Assembly: GCA_001724855.1 (NCBI GenBank)
Contig: MEED01000018.1
Coordinates: 27,703 to 91,702 of the forward strand
From: Lautropia sp. SCN 69-89
GTDB lineage: Bacteria > Pseudomonadota > Gammaproteobacteria > Burkholderiales > Burkholderiaceae_E
Reading direction: 5' to 3'
Length of the DNA: 64,000 nt
The notes beneath the pieces are model-generated. The model searched no databases, was not told the DNA's origin, and worked only from the letters and a program-made list of their open reading frames with translations. Every line of letters starts with the position of its first letter. The stretch's first letter is position 1. Positions 44,735 through 54,598 of this stretch are shown in pieces. Both the position numbers and the translations under genes were made by a program.

Positions 44735-45330
44735 CCGAAGCTCTCGTCGTCTCGAACATCGTCCTGTGGGTCGCCGTGCTCGCGCTGCTCGGCACCGTCT
44801 TCGCGCTGGCGCGCCAGATCGGCGTGCTCTACGAGCGCATCGCCCCGATGGGCGCGCTGATGCTCGACAGCGGGCCGAAAGTCGGCGAATCCGCCCCGGC
44901 GTTCGACCTGGTCACGCTCGACGGCCGGCCCTTCGCCACCGGCGGCGCGCGCACGAAGAGCCTGCTGCTGTTCTTCCTCTCGCCGACCTGCCCGGTGTGC
45001 AAGAAGCTGCTGCCGATCCTGAAGCGGGTCGCCGTCGACGAGGGGCAGTGGCTCGAGATCGCGTTCGCGAGCGACGGCGACGTCGACGAACACGCGGCGT
45101 TCCGCACCCGCGCCGGCCTGCAGGCGTATCCGTACCTGCTGTCGACCGACCTCGGCATGGCCTACCGGATCGGCAAGCTGCCCTACGCAGTGCTGGTCGA
45201 CGAAGCCGGAAAGGTGAAGGCCAAGGGCCTCGTCAACTCGCGTGAACAGATCGAGAGCCTGTTCACCGCCCGCGACCTCGGCGTCGCGTCGGTGCAGGAA
45301 TTCGTCGCAATGGAGGCCCGCAGAGCATGA
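44731..45330 (+). CDS. mauD: Thioredoxin-like maturation protein MauD
   Basis: ARQIGVLYERIAPMGAL, SPTCPVCK, KGLVNSREQIESL. Confidence 0.95.
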   Translation: MTEALVVSNIVLWVAVLALLGTVFALARQIGVLYERIAPMGALMLDSGPKVGESAPAFDLVTLDGRPFATGGARTKSLLLFFLSPTCPVCKKLLPILKRVAVDEGQWLEIAFASDGDVDEHAAFRTRAGLQAYPYLLSTDLGMAYRIGKLPYAVLVDEAGKVKAKGLVNSREQIESLFTARDLGVASVQEFVAMEARRA

Positions 45331-45854
45331 AATGGCTTGACGACGCATTCGAGCGCTCGACGCGCGCGGCCGCGCAGCGCATCTCGCGACGCAGCGCACT
45401 GGCACGCGCCGGCCGCTTCCTGATGGGCGCGGCGATCGCGCTGCCGGTGCTGCCCTTCGACCGCACTTCGCACGCCGCGAGCGCCCACGGCGGCGGCAAG
45501 TCGAAGGCGCCCGACGACCAGCAGTGCGACTACTGGCGCTACTGCGCGGTCGACGGCTTCCTCTGCTCGTGCTGCGGCGGGACGGTGAACAGCTGTCCGC
45601 CCGGCACCGAGCCGTCGAAGGTGTCCTGGATCGGCACCTGCCGCAACCCGGCAGACGGCAAGGACTACCTGATCAGCTACTACGACTGCTGCGGCAAGGC
45701 CGCGTGCGGGCGCTGCCTGTGCAACACCAACCTCGGCGAGCGGCCCGCCTACCGGATCACGCTGCACAACGACATCAACTGGTGCATGGGAAGCACCAGC
45801 ACGATGTTCCATTGCACGGCCTCTCTGGTGGTCGGCATCGCTGACAAGAAGTGA
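45327..45854 (+). CDS. mauA: TTQ amine dehydrogenase small subunit (aromatic amine dehydrogenase-like)
   Basis: Tat signal SRRSAL; Cys-rich core; both TTQ tryptophans (VSWIGTC, NDINWCM) and catalytic Asp (YDCCG). Confidence 0.96.
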   Translation: MKWLDDAFERSTRAAAQRISRRSALARAGRFLMGAAIALPVLPFDRTSHAASAHGGGKSKAPDDQQCDYWRYCAVDGFLCSCCGGTVNSCPPGTEPSKVSWIGTCRNPADGKDYLISYYDCCGKAACGRCLCNTNLGERPAYRITLHNDINWCMGSTSTMFHCTASLVVGIADKK

Positions 45855-45870
45855 CACGACAGGAGACGAC

Positions 45871-47235
45871 ATGAAGGGGTGGAAGAAACTCTCGGCAGCC
45901 GTCGCGCTCGCCGTTGCCTGGGGTTCGGCGAGTGGCGCAGCGAGCGAACAGGAAGCCGCGCGGCTGGGCAAGGACCTCACTCCGGTCGGCGCCGAGAAGG
46001 CCGGCAACAAGGAGGGCACGATCCCGGCCTGGACCGGCGGCATCACGAAGGCGCCGGCGGGCTGGAAGCCGAGCGACCCGCGCGTCGACCCGTACAAGGA
46101 CGACAAGGTCCTGTTCTCGATCGACGCGTCGAACGTCGACAAGTACAAGGACAAGCTCTCCGAGGGCCAGCAGACGCTGATCCGCACCCTCAAGGGCTAC
46201 CGGATGGACGTCTACCCGACGCGCCGTTCGTGCGGGTACTCCGACGAGATCTACCAGCGCACCGCGCAGAACGCCCGCGTGGCCCGCCTGGCCGAGGGCG
46301 GCTGGCAGCTCGAGAACGCGGTCGGCCGCGGCGTCCTGTTCCCGGTCCCGAAGAACGGCGCCGAGGCGGTCTGGAACCACAAGCTGCGCTTCCAGGGCGC
46401 GGGGCGCGTCGAGCACTACTCGACGCTGTTCTCGGCGAAGAGCGGCGACTTCTCGCAGCTGGCGCAGAACCAGTGGGTCGTCTACCCGATCCACGACCCG
46501 GCGATGAAGAGCTTCGAGGACCTGAAGAAATCCGAGGCGAAGATCCTGAACGAGGTGGTCTCCCCGGCCGCCCGCGCCGGCGAGATGATCCTGGTGCACT
46601 GGTTCATGGACCGCGGCTCCGACGCCTGGCTCTACTTCCCCGGCCAGCGCCGCGTGCGCCGCGCGCCCTCGTTCGCGTACGACAACCCGGTGCCCGGCTA
46701 CGAGAACCTCGAGACGGTCGACCAGTACCCGATGTATGCCGGCGCGATGGACCGCTACGACTGGAAGCTGGTCGGCAAGAAGGAGATGTACATCCCGTAC
46801 AACAACTGGAAGCTGATCGACAAGAGCCGCAAGTTCAAGGACATCTACCTGCCCGACTACGTCAACCGCGACCTGATGCGCTACGAGTTGCACCGCGTCT
46901 GGGTCGTCGAGGCGACGCTCAAGGAAGGCATGCGTCACATCTTCCCGCGCCGCGTGATGTACATCGACGAGGACAGCTGGACGCTGATCCTTACCGACCT
47001 GTACGACGCGCAGGGAAAGATCTGGCGCGTCCAGGAAGCGAGCCTGTGGGTGGCACCCGAGATCCCGGCCTGCGTGAGCCAGGAGTTCGTCGGCTACGAC
47101 CTCAACGTCGGCCGCTACATCGCCGAGACGGCGACCCAGGAGCACCCGCCCACCGACTGGCTCGCGGGCCGCGAAGGGCGCATCAACCCGAACATGTTCA
47201 GCCCCGACGAGCTGCGTCGCCGCGGCGAGCGCTGA
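45871..47235 (+). CDS. DUF1329-family periplasmic/lipoprotein-sorting-like protein
   Basis: LTPVGAEKAGNKEGTIPAW, AWLYFPGQRRVRRAP, RYELHRVWVVEATLK. Confidence 0.92.
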   Translation: MKGWKKLSAAVALAVAWGSASGAASEQEAARLGKDLTPVGAEKAGNKEGTIPAWTGGITKAPAGWKPSDPRVDPYKDDKVLFSIDASNVDKYKDKLSEGQQTLIRTLKGYRMDVYPTRRSCGYSDEIYQRTAQNARVARLAEGGWQLENAVGRGVLFPVPKNGAEAVWNHKLRFQGAGRVEHYSTLFSAKSGDFSQLAQNQWVVYPIHDPAMKSFEDLKKSEAKILNEVVSPAARAGEMILVHWFMDRGSDAWLYFPGQRRVRRAPSFAYDNPVPGYENLETVDQYPMYAGAMDRYDWKLVGKKEMYIPYNNWKLIDKSRKFKDIYLPDYVNRDLMRYELHRVWVVEATLKEGMRHIFPRRVMYIDEDSWTLILTDLYDAQGKIWRVQEASLWVAPEIPACVSQEFVGYDLNVGRYIAETATQEHPPTDWLAGREGRINPNMFSPDELRRRGER

Positions 47236-47314
47236 GCGCCGCCGCCGACGTCCGATCTGCACCACGCCGGGCCGAGGGTCCGGCGCGACAACGACAACCA
47301 GGAGGAACGGGTCC

Positions 47315-49147
47315 ATGACCAGCAGCATGAGCAGCACCGGGGTGGCGCGGGCGGTTGCCGGCGCGCTCGCCCTTCTCGCGGCGGGCGCGATCGCCCCGCC
47401 CGCGCACGCGTTCAAGTTCGGCAACGACAACGTCACGGGCAGCTTCGACTCGACCGTCTCGTTCGGGTTCATCAAGCGCCTGGAAAGCCCCAGCCGCAGG
47501 ATCATCGGCAACGACAACGGCGGCAACGTGCCGACCACCAGCGAGCTGGAGTCGCGCGTGAACGCCTTCTACGGCGGCGGCGCGATCGCGAACCCCGACT
47601 TCAACTACCTGCAGTCCGACGACGGCAACCTCAACTACAAGAAGGGCGACATCGTTTCGGCGGCGCTCAAGGGCACGCACGAGCTGGTCCTGCACGGACC
47701 GCGCGGCTTGAGCGGCATGCTGCGCGCGACCTGGTTCAAGGACTGGAAGGTCGACGACACCGACCGCACGCCGCTCGATCCCGCGTCGCACGCGGTGGCG
47801 GTCGACAAGTGGACCTGGCTCGATGCGTGGGTCGCGAAGGAATTCGAAATCGCCGGTCGCCCGGCCAAGATCAAGTTCGGCAACCAGGTGATCAGCTGGG
47901 GCGAGGACATCTTCATCTACGGCGGCGTCAACGTCACCAACGCGATCAACCTGCAGAACTTCCACGTGCCCGGCACGCAGCTGAAGGAGATCTTCAAGCC
48001 GGCGCCGATGGTCTCGCTGAACGCCAACATCGCCGAGGGACTGAGCGTCGAGGGCTACTACCAGTTCCGCTGGAACGCGTTCACCTTCGACCCGGTCGGC
48101 ACCTTCTTCTCGGTGACCGACGTGATCGGCAAGGGCGGGCGCAACGCGTTCATGAACTCCACGCTGCTCGGCTTGCCGCCCGGGACCGTCGGCGACATCG
48201 GCACGATCAACCCGACGACGGGGCAGCGTTTCACGCTCGCGGAGCTGGCAGCGGGCACCGCGACGGTGCCGGTGGCCGGCGTCGAACTGCCGACGCTCGT
48301 GAATCCGCTGGCCACCCGCGAGCCGAAGGACTCGGGCCAGTTCGGCCTCGCGACGCGCTGGCTGCCCGAGGGCTCCGAAACCGAGTTCGGCGCGTACTGG
48401 ATCCGCTACCACGACAAGCTGCCCTTCGTCGGGTTCAACTTCGACCCGGCGCGCCACACGACCAACGTCGCCGGCCTGGCCTACTACGTCGACTACGGCG
48501 AGAGCCGCAACGTCTTCGGCGTGTCCGCGAACACGCGCGTCGGCACCTGGGCGGTCGGCGCCGAGCTGTCGTACCGGCCGAAGGACAGCGTCGGCGTCGA
48601 CACGACGGTGCCGGCGGGCGGAAAGTATTCGGTGTTCGACTACGTGGGCAAGACCACGCGAGGCTTCGTCGAGGAGCGCAAGTGGCAGGCCCACCTCACC
48701 GGCTTCAAGCTGATGGCGCCCGCCGACCTGGGCGGCCTGATCGGCAATCTCGGCGCCGAGGAAGGCTACTTCCTCGGCGAGGTGGCCGTCGCGCACTACC
48801 CCGGGCTCGATCGCTCGGGCCGCATCCCGTACCTGCTCACCGACTACTCGCTGCCCGACCGCACCTCGGCCGGGCTGGTGTTCTCCACCGGGCTCACCTA
48901 CGCGAACGTCGGCGACAGCGGCTGGAACATGATGCCGCAGCTCGACATGTCCTGGGACTTCCATGGCACCTCGCCGAACGCGGTGCCCTTCGTCGAAGGC
49001 CGCAAGGCGATGACGCTGTCGCTGAACTTCAACCGCTCCGACAAGTGGAAGGCCGGCATCGGCTATACCCGCTTCTGGGGCGGCGGCGGCAACAACCTGA
49101 TGAGGGACCGCGACTTCCTGTCGGTGATCACCTCGGTGTCGTTCTGA
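47315..49147 (+). CDS. DUF1302-family outer-membrane protein
   Basis: DDGNLNYKKGD, GNQVISWGE, GAELSYRP, terminal DRDFLSVITSVSF. Confidence 0.92.
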   Translation: MTSSMSSTGVARAVAGALALLAAGAIAPPAHAFKFGNDNVTGSFDSTVSFGFIKRLESPSRRIIGNDNGGNVPTTSELESRVNAFYGGGAIANPDFNYLQSDDGNLNYKKGDIVSAALKGTHELVLHGPRGLSGMLRATWFKDWKVDDTDRTPLDPASHAVAVDKWTWLDAWVAKEFEIAGRPAKIKFGNQVISWGEDIFIYGGVNVTNAINLQNFHVPGTQLKEIFKPAPMVSLNANIAEGLSVEGYYQFRWNAFTFDPVGTFFSVTDVIGKGGRNAFMNSTLLGLPPGTVGDIGTINPTTGQRFTLAELAAGTATVPVAGVELPTLVNPLATREPKDSGQFGLATRWLPEGSETEFGAYWIRYHDKLPFVGFNFDPARHTTNVAGLAYYVDYGESRNVFGVSANTRVGTWAVGAELSYRPKDSVGVDTTVPAGGKYSVFDYVGKTTRGFVEERKWQAHLTGFKLMAPADLGGLIGNLGAEEGYFLGEVAVAHYPGLDRSGRIPYLLTDYSLPDRTSAGLVFSTGLTYANVGDSGWNMMPQLDMSWDFHGTSPNAVPFVEGRKAMTLSLNFNRSDKWKAGIGYTRFWGGGGNNLMRDRDFLSVITSVSF

Positions 49148-49166
49148 AACACGGGCCGGTCCGTCG

Positions 49167-51527
49167 ATGATCGCGCACTTCGTCGGCCGGCTCGAACGGC
49201 TCATCTTCGGGCACCGCGGCATCCTGCTCGCGCTGCTGGGTCTGCTCACCGTCGTCATGGCGGTGTTCGCGAGCCAGCTGCGCATGGACGCCGGCTTCGA
49301 CAAGCAGCTGCCGCAAGACCACGAGTACGTCCGCACCTTCTTCCAGTACCGCGACCAGGTCTTCGGCGCCAATCGCGTCATCGTGGTGGTGCGCGCGCGC
49401 GACGGCGAGATCTGGAGCGCGCCCGGCCTGCGCCGGCTCTACGACGTCACGCAGTCGGTGATGTTCCTGCCGGGCATCGACCGGCGCACGGTGACCTCGC
49501 TGTGGACGCCGAACACCCGGGTGCTCGGCGTGACCGAGGAAGGCTTCAAGGCCGAGGACGTGATCGGCGGCGACATCACGCCCGACCGGCTCGACCCGGG
49601 CCGCATCGAGCGGATCCGCGCCAATGCGCTGGCGGGCGGCTACATCGGCACGCTGGTGTCCACCGACAACGCCGCCGCGATGGTCGTTGCCGACCTGCTC
49701 GAGACCGATCCGGCCACCGGCAAGCGCCTCGACTACCTCGACTTCGCGCGCCGCATCGAGGACGAGGTGCGCGGCCGTCACGAGGACGCGTCGTTCGAGG
49801 TGCAGATCATCGGCTTCGCCAAGCAGATCGGCGACATCGCCGACGGCGCGCGCAGCGTCATCGAGTTCTTCACGCTGGCCTTCGTCCTCACCGCGCTGTC
49901 GGTCTGGCTGTATTGCCGCTCGGCCGCGCTCACCGCGATCACGCTGCTGTCGTCGCTCGTGTCCGTCGTCTGGCAGTTCGGCACGCTGCGGCTGCTCGGC
50001 TACGGGCTCGACCCGCTGGCGGTACTGGTTCCGTTCCTGGTGTTCGCGATCGGCGTCTCGCACGGGGTTCAGCAGATCAACTTCGTGGTCAAGGGCGTCT
50101 GCGCCGGTGCCGACAGCATGACCGCGTCGCGCCGGGCGTTCAGCGGGCTGCTGGTGCCGGGCTCGATGGCACTGGTGACCGCCTTCGTCGGCTTCGCCAC
50201 GCTGACGCTGATCCCGATCCCGATGATCCGCGAACTGGGCATCACCGCGTCGATCGGCGTGGCCTACAAGATCGTGACGAACCTCGTGATGCTGCCGGTG
50301 TGCGCATCGTTCCTGCGCTTCGACGATGCCTGGGTCACGCGCCTGAAGCACCTGCGCGCCGCACGCGAGAAGGCGATGACGGTGCTGGGCCGGGTCGCCG
50401 AGACGCGCAATGCCGCGATCGGCACGCTGATCTGCGCAGCACTGTTCGCGATCGCGTTCGTGCAGAGCCAGGGTCGCCACGTCGGGCACCTCGCCTCGGG
50501 CGCACCCGAGCTGCGCCCCGATTCGCGCTACAACCTCGACGCGGCGTCGATCGTCGGCAGCTTCGACCTCGGCCTGGACGTGCTCACCGTCGTCTTCGAG
50601 ACGCCGAAGGACGGCTGCTATCGCCTCGACGTGATGGCCCATGTCGACCAGTTCGCCTGGCACATGCAGAACGTGCCGGGCGTGATCTCGGTCGCCTCGG
50701 TGGCGCAGCTCGCGAAGCAGGCCTACTCGGGCACCAACGAGGGACATCCGAAGTGGACTGCGCTCGCTGCCGACGAGCGCTCGCTGGCGAATTCGGTCGG
50801 CCTGATTCCCGAGGGCACCGGGCTGTTCAACCCCGGCTGCACCGTCCTGCCGGTCAACGTCTACCTCACCGATCACAAGGCATCGACGGTCAAGGACGTG
50901 ATCGCCGCGGTGCGCGAGTTCCGCGACAGCGAGAAGCTCGACGGCGTGACGCTGCGGCTGGCCAGCGGCAACGTGGGGGTGCAGGCGGCGACCAACGAGG
51001 TGCTCGAGACCACCGAGCTGCCGATGATGCTCTGGGTCTACGCGACGATCGTCGCGCTGGTCTTCTTCACCTACCGAGACTGGCGCGCGATGATCGCCTG
51101 CTGCCTGCCGCTCACGTTGGCGACCTTCCTCGGCTACTGGTTCATGAAGGCGCTCGACATCGGGCTGACGGTGGCCACGCTGCCGGTGATGGTGCTCGCG
51201 GTGGGCATCGGCGTGGACTACGCCTTCTACATCTACAACCGCCTGCAGCTGCACCTGTCGGACGGCGCGAACATCGTGGACGCGTTCAAGCAGGCGCTGA
51301 TGGAAACCGGCAACGCGACCATCTTCACCGCGATCACGCTGTCGGTAGGCGTGGCCACCTGGTCGTTCTCCGACCTGAAGTTCCAGGCGGACATGGGGAT
51401 GCTGCTCACGTTCATGTTCATGGTGAACATGCTGATGGCGATCACGCTGCTGCCGGCGCTCGCCGTGATGATCGACGTGCTCGTGCCGCGGCGCCGGCCG
51501 GTGCGCGCGCCGTTCCTCGTCCATTGA
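49167..51527 (+). CDS. RND/MMPL-family membrane transporter
   Basis: Two repeats of loop plus TM bundle; AIGVSHGVQ, GIGVDYAFY, LKFQADMG. Confidence 0.92.
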   Translation: MIAHFVGRLERLIFGHRGILLALLGLLTVVMAVFASQLRMDAGFDKQLPQDHEYVRTFFQYRDQVFGANRVIVVVRARDGEIWSAPGLRRLYDVTQSVMFLPGIDRRTVTSLWTPNTRVLGVTEEGFKAEDVIGGDITPDRLDPGRIERIRANALAGGYIGTLVSTDNAAAMVVADLLETDPATGKRLDYLDFARRIEDEVRGRHEDASFEVQIIGFAKQIGDIADGARSVIEFFTLAFVLTALSVWLYCRSAALTAITLLSSLVSVVWQFGTLRLLGYGLDPLAVLVPFLVFAIGVSHGVQQINFVVKGVCAGADSMTASRRAFSGLLVPGSMALVTAFVGFATLTLIPIPMIRELGITASIGVAYKIVTNLVMLPVCASFLRFDDAWVTRLKHLRAAREKAMTVLGRVAETRNAAIGTLICAALFAIAFVQSQGRHVGHLASGAPELRPDSRYNLDAASIVGSFDLGLDVLTVVFETPKDGCYRLDVMAHVDQFAWHMQNVPGVISVASVAQLAKQAYSGTNEGHPKWTALAADERSLANSVGLIPEGTGLFNPGCTVLPVNVYLTDHKASTVKDVIAAVREFRDSEKLDGVTLRLASGNVGVQAATNEVLETTELPMMLWVYATIVALVFFTYRDWRAMIACCLPLTLATFLGYWFMKALDIGLTVATLPVMVLAVGIGVDYAFYIYNRLQLHLSDGANIVDAFKQALMETGNATIFTAITLSVGVATWSFSDLKFQADMGMLLTFMFMVNMLMAITLLPALAVMIDVLVPRRRPVRAPFLVH

Positions 51528-51549
51528 CCTTCTGCCGATCGGGGGCCGC

Positions 51550-52032
51550 ATGTTCGAACGCCTGATCGCCCGCCTCTCCGGCGAACCCGCCGAGGCGCCC
51601 GGCACCGACCTCGAAGGGCGCCGCCAGCTCGCGGTGGCGGCGCTGCTGGTCGAAGCGGTGCACGTCGACCGCCACGCCGACCCCGAGGAGCGCCAGGCCG
51701 TCGTGTCGCTGCTTCGCGAACGCTTCGACCTGCCCGGCGAGCAGGCCGAGCACCTGGCCGAGCTCGCCGAGGCGCGATTCGCGACGGTGCTCGACGACTG
51801 GATCTTCGCGCGCGCCGTCAGGCAGGGCTTCGACCACGACGAGCGCGCCGGCATCCTGGGAATGCTCTGGGAAACGGTCTACAGCGACGGGCGCCTGGCC
51901 GCTTTCGAGATGGACCTGCTGCAACGGCTGACCGATGCGCTGGAGGTCGAACCGGCCGCGGCCGAGGCGGCGCGCGCGCGCGCGTTCGCGCGCATCGGGC
52001 TGAGCGAACCCGAGAACGGAGGCGACGCATGA
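51550..52032 (+). CDS. TerB-family (DjlA N-terminal-like) protein
   Basis: AVAALLVEAVHVD, LWETVYSDG, E..LLQRL..L. Confidence 0.8.
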   Translation: MFERLIARLSGEPAEAPGTDLEGRRQLAVAALLVEAVHVDRHADPEERQAVVSLLRERFDLPGEQAEHLAELAEARFATVLDDWIFARAVRQGFDHDERAGILGMLWETVYSDGRLAAFEMDLLQRLTDALEVEPAAAEAARARAFARIGLSEPENGGDA

Positions 52033-53057
52033 GCGGGCGGGCACGCACGAAGCGGCGCACGGTCGCGATCGTTGCCGCCTGTGTCCTGGCCGCGTCGCTC
52101 GGAGTGTCGGGCACGGGCGCCGGCGCGGCGGACAAGCCGCCGTCCGACGTGCCCACCGGCGCAGGGGTCGCCCCGAAGACCGACGGCGCGGCCGGCGTGC
52201 ACGCGCAGAAGGTCGCACACCCCGAACGGGCGCCGCTGATGGCGGCCACGCGCGCCGGATCGCGCATCGTCGCGGTCGGCGACTTCGGCACCGTCCTGCT
52301 GTCCGACGACCAGGGCGCGAGCTGGCGGCAGGCAGCCGACGTGCCGACGCGCGTCACGCTGACCGCAGTGCAGTTCCTCGACGCGAAGCAGGGATGGGCG
52401 GTCGGGCACGGCGGGCTGGTGCTCGCCAGTGCCGACGGCGGCGAGCACTGGCGCGTCGCGCACCGCGCCGGCACCGAGTTCTCGTTCTTCTCGGTGCACT
52501 TCTCCGACGCCGAACACGGGCTGGTGGTCGGCGCATTCGGCGCCGCGATCGCCACGGAAGACGGCGGCAAGACCTGGGACGAAATCACCGTCGGGCAAGG
52601 CGAGTTCTCCGATCGCCACCTGTACCAGATCTTCCCCGGCCCCGACGGCACGACCTGGATCGCCGCCGAGAGCGGCGTGGTCTACCGCTCGACCGACGCA
52701 CGCGTGTTCGCTCCGGTCTCGCTGCCCTATCGCGGCTCGATCTGGGGCGGCATGACGCTGCCCGGCGGCGCGATCCTGGTCTGGGGCATGGGCGGGCACG
52801 TGCTGCGCAGCACCGACTCGGGCGCGTCGTGGCGCGAGATCCCCAGCGGCACCGAGAACCCGTTGACCGCCGGGCTGCTGCTGGGCAAGCGGATCGTGCT
52901 CGCCGGACTCGGCGGCGCGGTGCTCACCAGCGACGACCTCGGCGCGAGCTTCCGCGCCGAGATCCGTCCCGACCGCCTGTCCTACACCGCGGCGGTCGAG
53001 TCCGCCGGGGCGCCGCTGCTGACCAGCCTGTCGGGCGTAGCCGCGCCGCGCAAATGA
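52029..53057 (+). CDS. YCF48-related BNR/beta-propeller protein
   Basis: Repeated SDDQGASW / TEDGGKTW / STDSGASW Asp-box motifs; signal peptide. Confidence 0.9.
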   Translation: MSGRARTKRRTVAIVAACVLAASLGVSGTGAGAADKPPSDVPTGAGVAPKTDGAAGVHAQKVAHPERAPLMAATRAGSRIVAVGDFGTVLLSDDQGASWRQAADVPTRVTLTAVQFLDAKQGWAVGHGGLVLASADGGEHWRVAHRAGTEFSFFSVHFSDAEHGLVVGAFGAAIATEDGGKTWDEITVGQGEFSDRHLYQIFPGPDGTTWIAAESGVVYRSTDARVFAPVSLPYRGSIWGGMTLPGGAILVWGMGGHVLRSTDSGASWREIPSGTENPLTAGLLLGKRIVLAGLGGAVLTSDDLGASFRAEIRPDRLSYTAAVESAGAPLLTSLSGVAAPRK

Positions 53058-53104
53058 GCACAGGGTCGCCGCGCCGCGGCGACCGACAACCAGCGAGGAG
53101 AACG

Positions 53105-54598
53105 ATGAACCAGTCCGTCCAGAGCCAGCAACCCGAACTCTCGGCCATCCGGCAGAAGATGTTCATCGACGGAAGGTTCGTCGATGCGCGCTCCGGCAAG
53201 ACGCTGCCGGTGTTCAACCCGGCCACCGGCGCCGAGATCGCCCGGGTGCCCGACGCCCAGGCCGAAGACGTCGACGCGGCGGTGCGCTCGGCGCGCGCCA
53301 CTTTCGAGTCGGCGGCCTGGCAGGGCATGCTGCCCGCCGAGCGCGAGCGGCTGCTGCTGAAGCTGGCCGACCTGATCGAGCAGCACGGCGAGGAGCTCGC
53401 GCGGCTCGAGACGCTGAACAACGGCAAGCTGCTGATGTTCTCGCGGATGCTCGAGGTGGGCGCCAACGCGCAGTGGACGCGCTACATGGCCGGCTGGGCC
53501 ACGAAGATCGAAGGCTCGACGCTGGACGTGTCGATTCCGTTTCCGCCCGGCGTGCGCTACACCGCGATGACCCGTCGCGAGCCGGTCGGCGTCGTCGGCG
53601 CGATCGTGCCGTGGAACTTCCCGCTGCTGATGGCGATGTGGAAGATCGCGCCGGCGCTGGCCTGCGGCTGCACCGTGGTGCTCAAGCCGGCCGAGGAAAC
53701 GCCGCTCACCGCGCTGCGGCTGGCCGAGCTGGTGATGGAGGCGGGTTTCCCGGCGGGCGCGGTCAACGTGGTCACCGGCTACGGCGAAAGCGCGGGCGCG
53801 GCGCTGGTGCGTCATCCGGGCGTCAACAAGATCGCCTTCACCGGCTCGACCGAGGTCGGCAAGATCATCGGCCGCAGCTGCATGGACGACATGAAGCGCG
53901 TGTCGCTCGAGCTGGGCGGCAAGAGCCCGGTGATCGTGCTCGACGACTGCGATCCCGCGGTCGCGGTCGCGGGCGCGGCCGGCGCGATCTTCTTCAACCA
54001 CGGCCAGGTCTGCACGGCCGGCTCCCGGCTGTTCGTGCACAAGAGCCGCTACGACCAGGTGCTCGCCGGGCTCGCGTCCGCGGCCGAGTCGACGAAGCTC
54101 GGCGACGGTTTCGACGAGTCCGCGCAGATGGGCCCGATGGTGTCGGCCACGCATCGCGACCGCGTGGTGCGCTACATCGAGTCGGGCAAGTCCGAAGGAG
54201 CCGAGCTGCTCGCCGGCGGCCAGGCGCAGCCCGGATCGGGCTACTTCGTACGGCCCACCGTGTTCTCGAACACCACGGGCAAGGACCTCACGATCTCGCG
54301 CGAGGAGATCTTCGGGCCGGTGGTCGTCGCGTCGCCGTTCGACGATCTCGACGACGTGGCACGCAAGGCGAACGACTCGCGCTACGGGCTGGGGGCGAGC
54401 ATCTGGACCAACAACCTGACGCAGGCCTACCGGCTGATCCCCAAGGTGCAGGCCGGCACCGTCTGGCTGAACTGCCACAACATGGTCGATCCGAACCTGC
54501 CGTTCGGCGGCTACAAGGACTCCGGCGTCGGGCGCGAGCACGGCCGGGCGATGATCGACGTCTACACGGAGACGAAGTCGGTGTGCGTAGCCTACTGA
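53105..54598 (+). CDS. Aldehyde dehydrogenase, phenylacetaldehyde dehydrogenase-like
   Basis: PWNFPL, FTGSTEVG, LELGGKSP, NHGQVCTAG, EEIFGPV. Confidence 0.93.
   Translation: MNQSVQSQQPELSAIRQKMFIDGRFVDARSGKTLPVFNPATGAEIARVPDAQAEDVDAAVRSARATFESAAWQGMLPAERERLLLKLADLIEQHGEELARLETLNNGKLLMFSRMLEVGANAQWTRYMAGWATKIEGSTLDVSIPFPPGVRYTAMTRREPVGVVGAIVPWNFPLLMAMWKIAPALACGCTVVLKPAEETPLTALRLAELVMEAGFPAGAVNVVTGYGESAGAALVRHPGVNKIAFTGSTEVGKIIGRSCMDDMKRVSLELGGKSPVIVLDDCDPAVAVAGAAGAIFFNHGQVCTAGSRLFVHKSRYDQVLAGLASAAESTKLGDGFDESAQMGPMVSATHRDRVVRYIESGKSEGAELLAGGQAQPGSGYFVRPTVFSNTTGKDLTISREEIFGPVVVASPFDDLDDVARKANDSRYGLGASIWTNNLTQAYRLIPKVQAGTVWLNCHNMVDPNLPFGGYKDSGVGREHGRAMIDVYTETKSVCVAY

Noticed and set aside
49128-51854. 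Very long antisense or alternate-frame ORFs (this one; also 35707-38379, 11205-13709, 47198-49381)
   Set aside because: Shadows of real genes, caused by stop-codon scarcity at high GC; no motifs
51550-52032. Tellurite-resistance island
   Set aside because: Single TerB-like gene with no terA/C/D/Z
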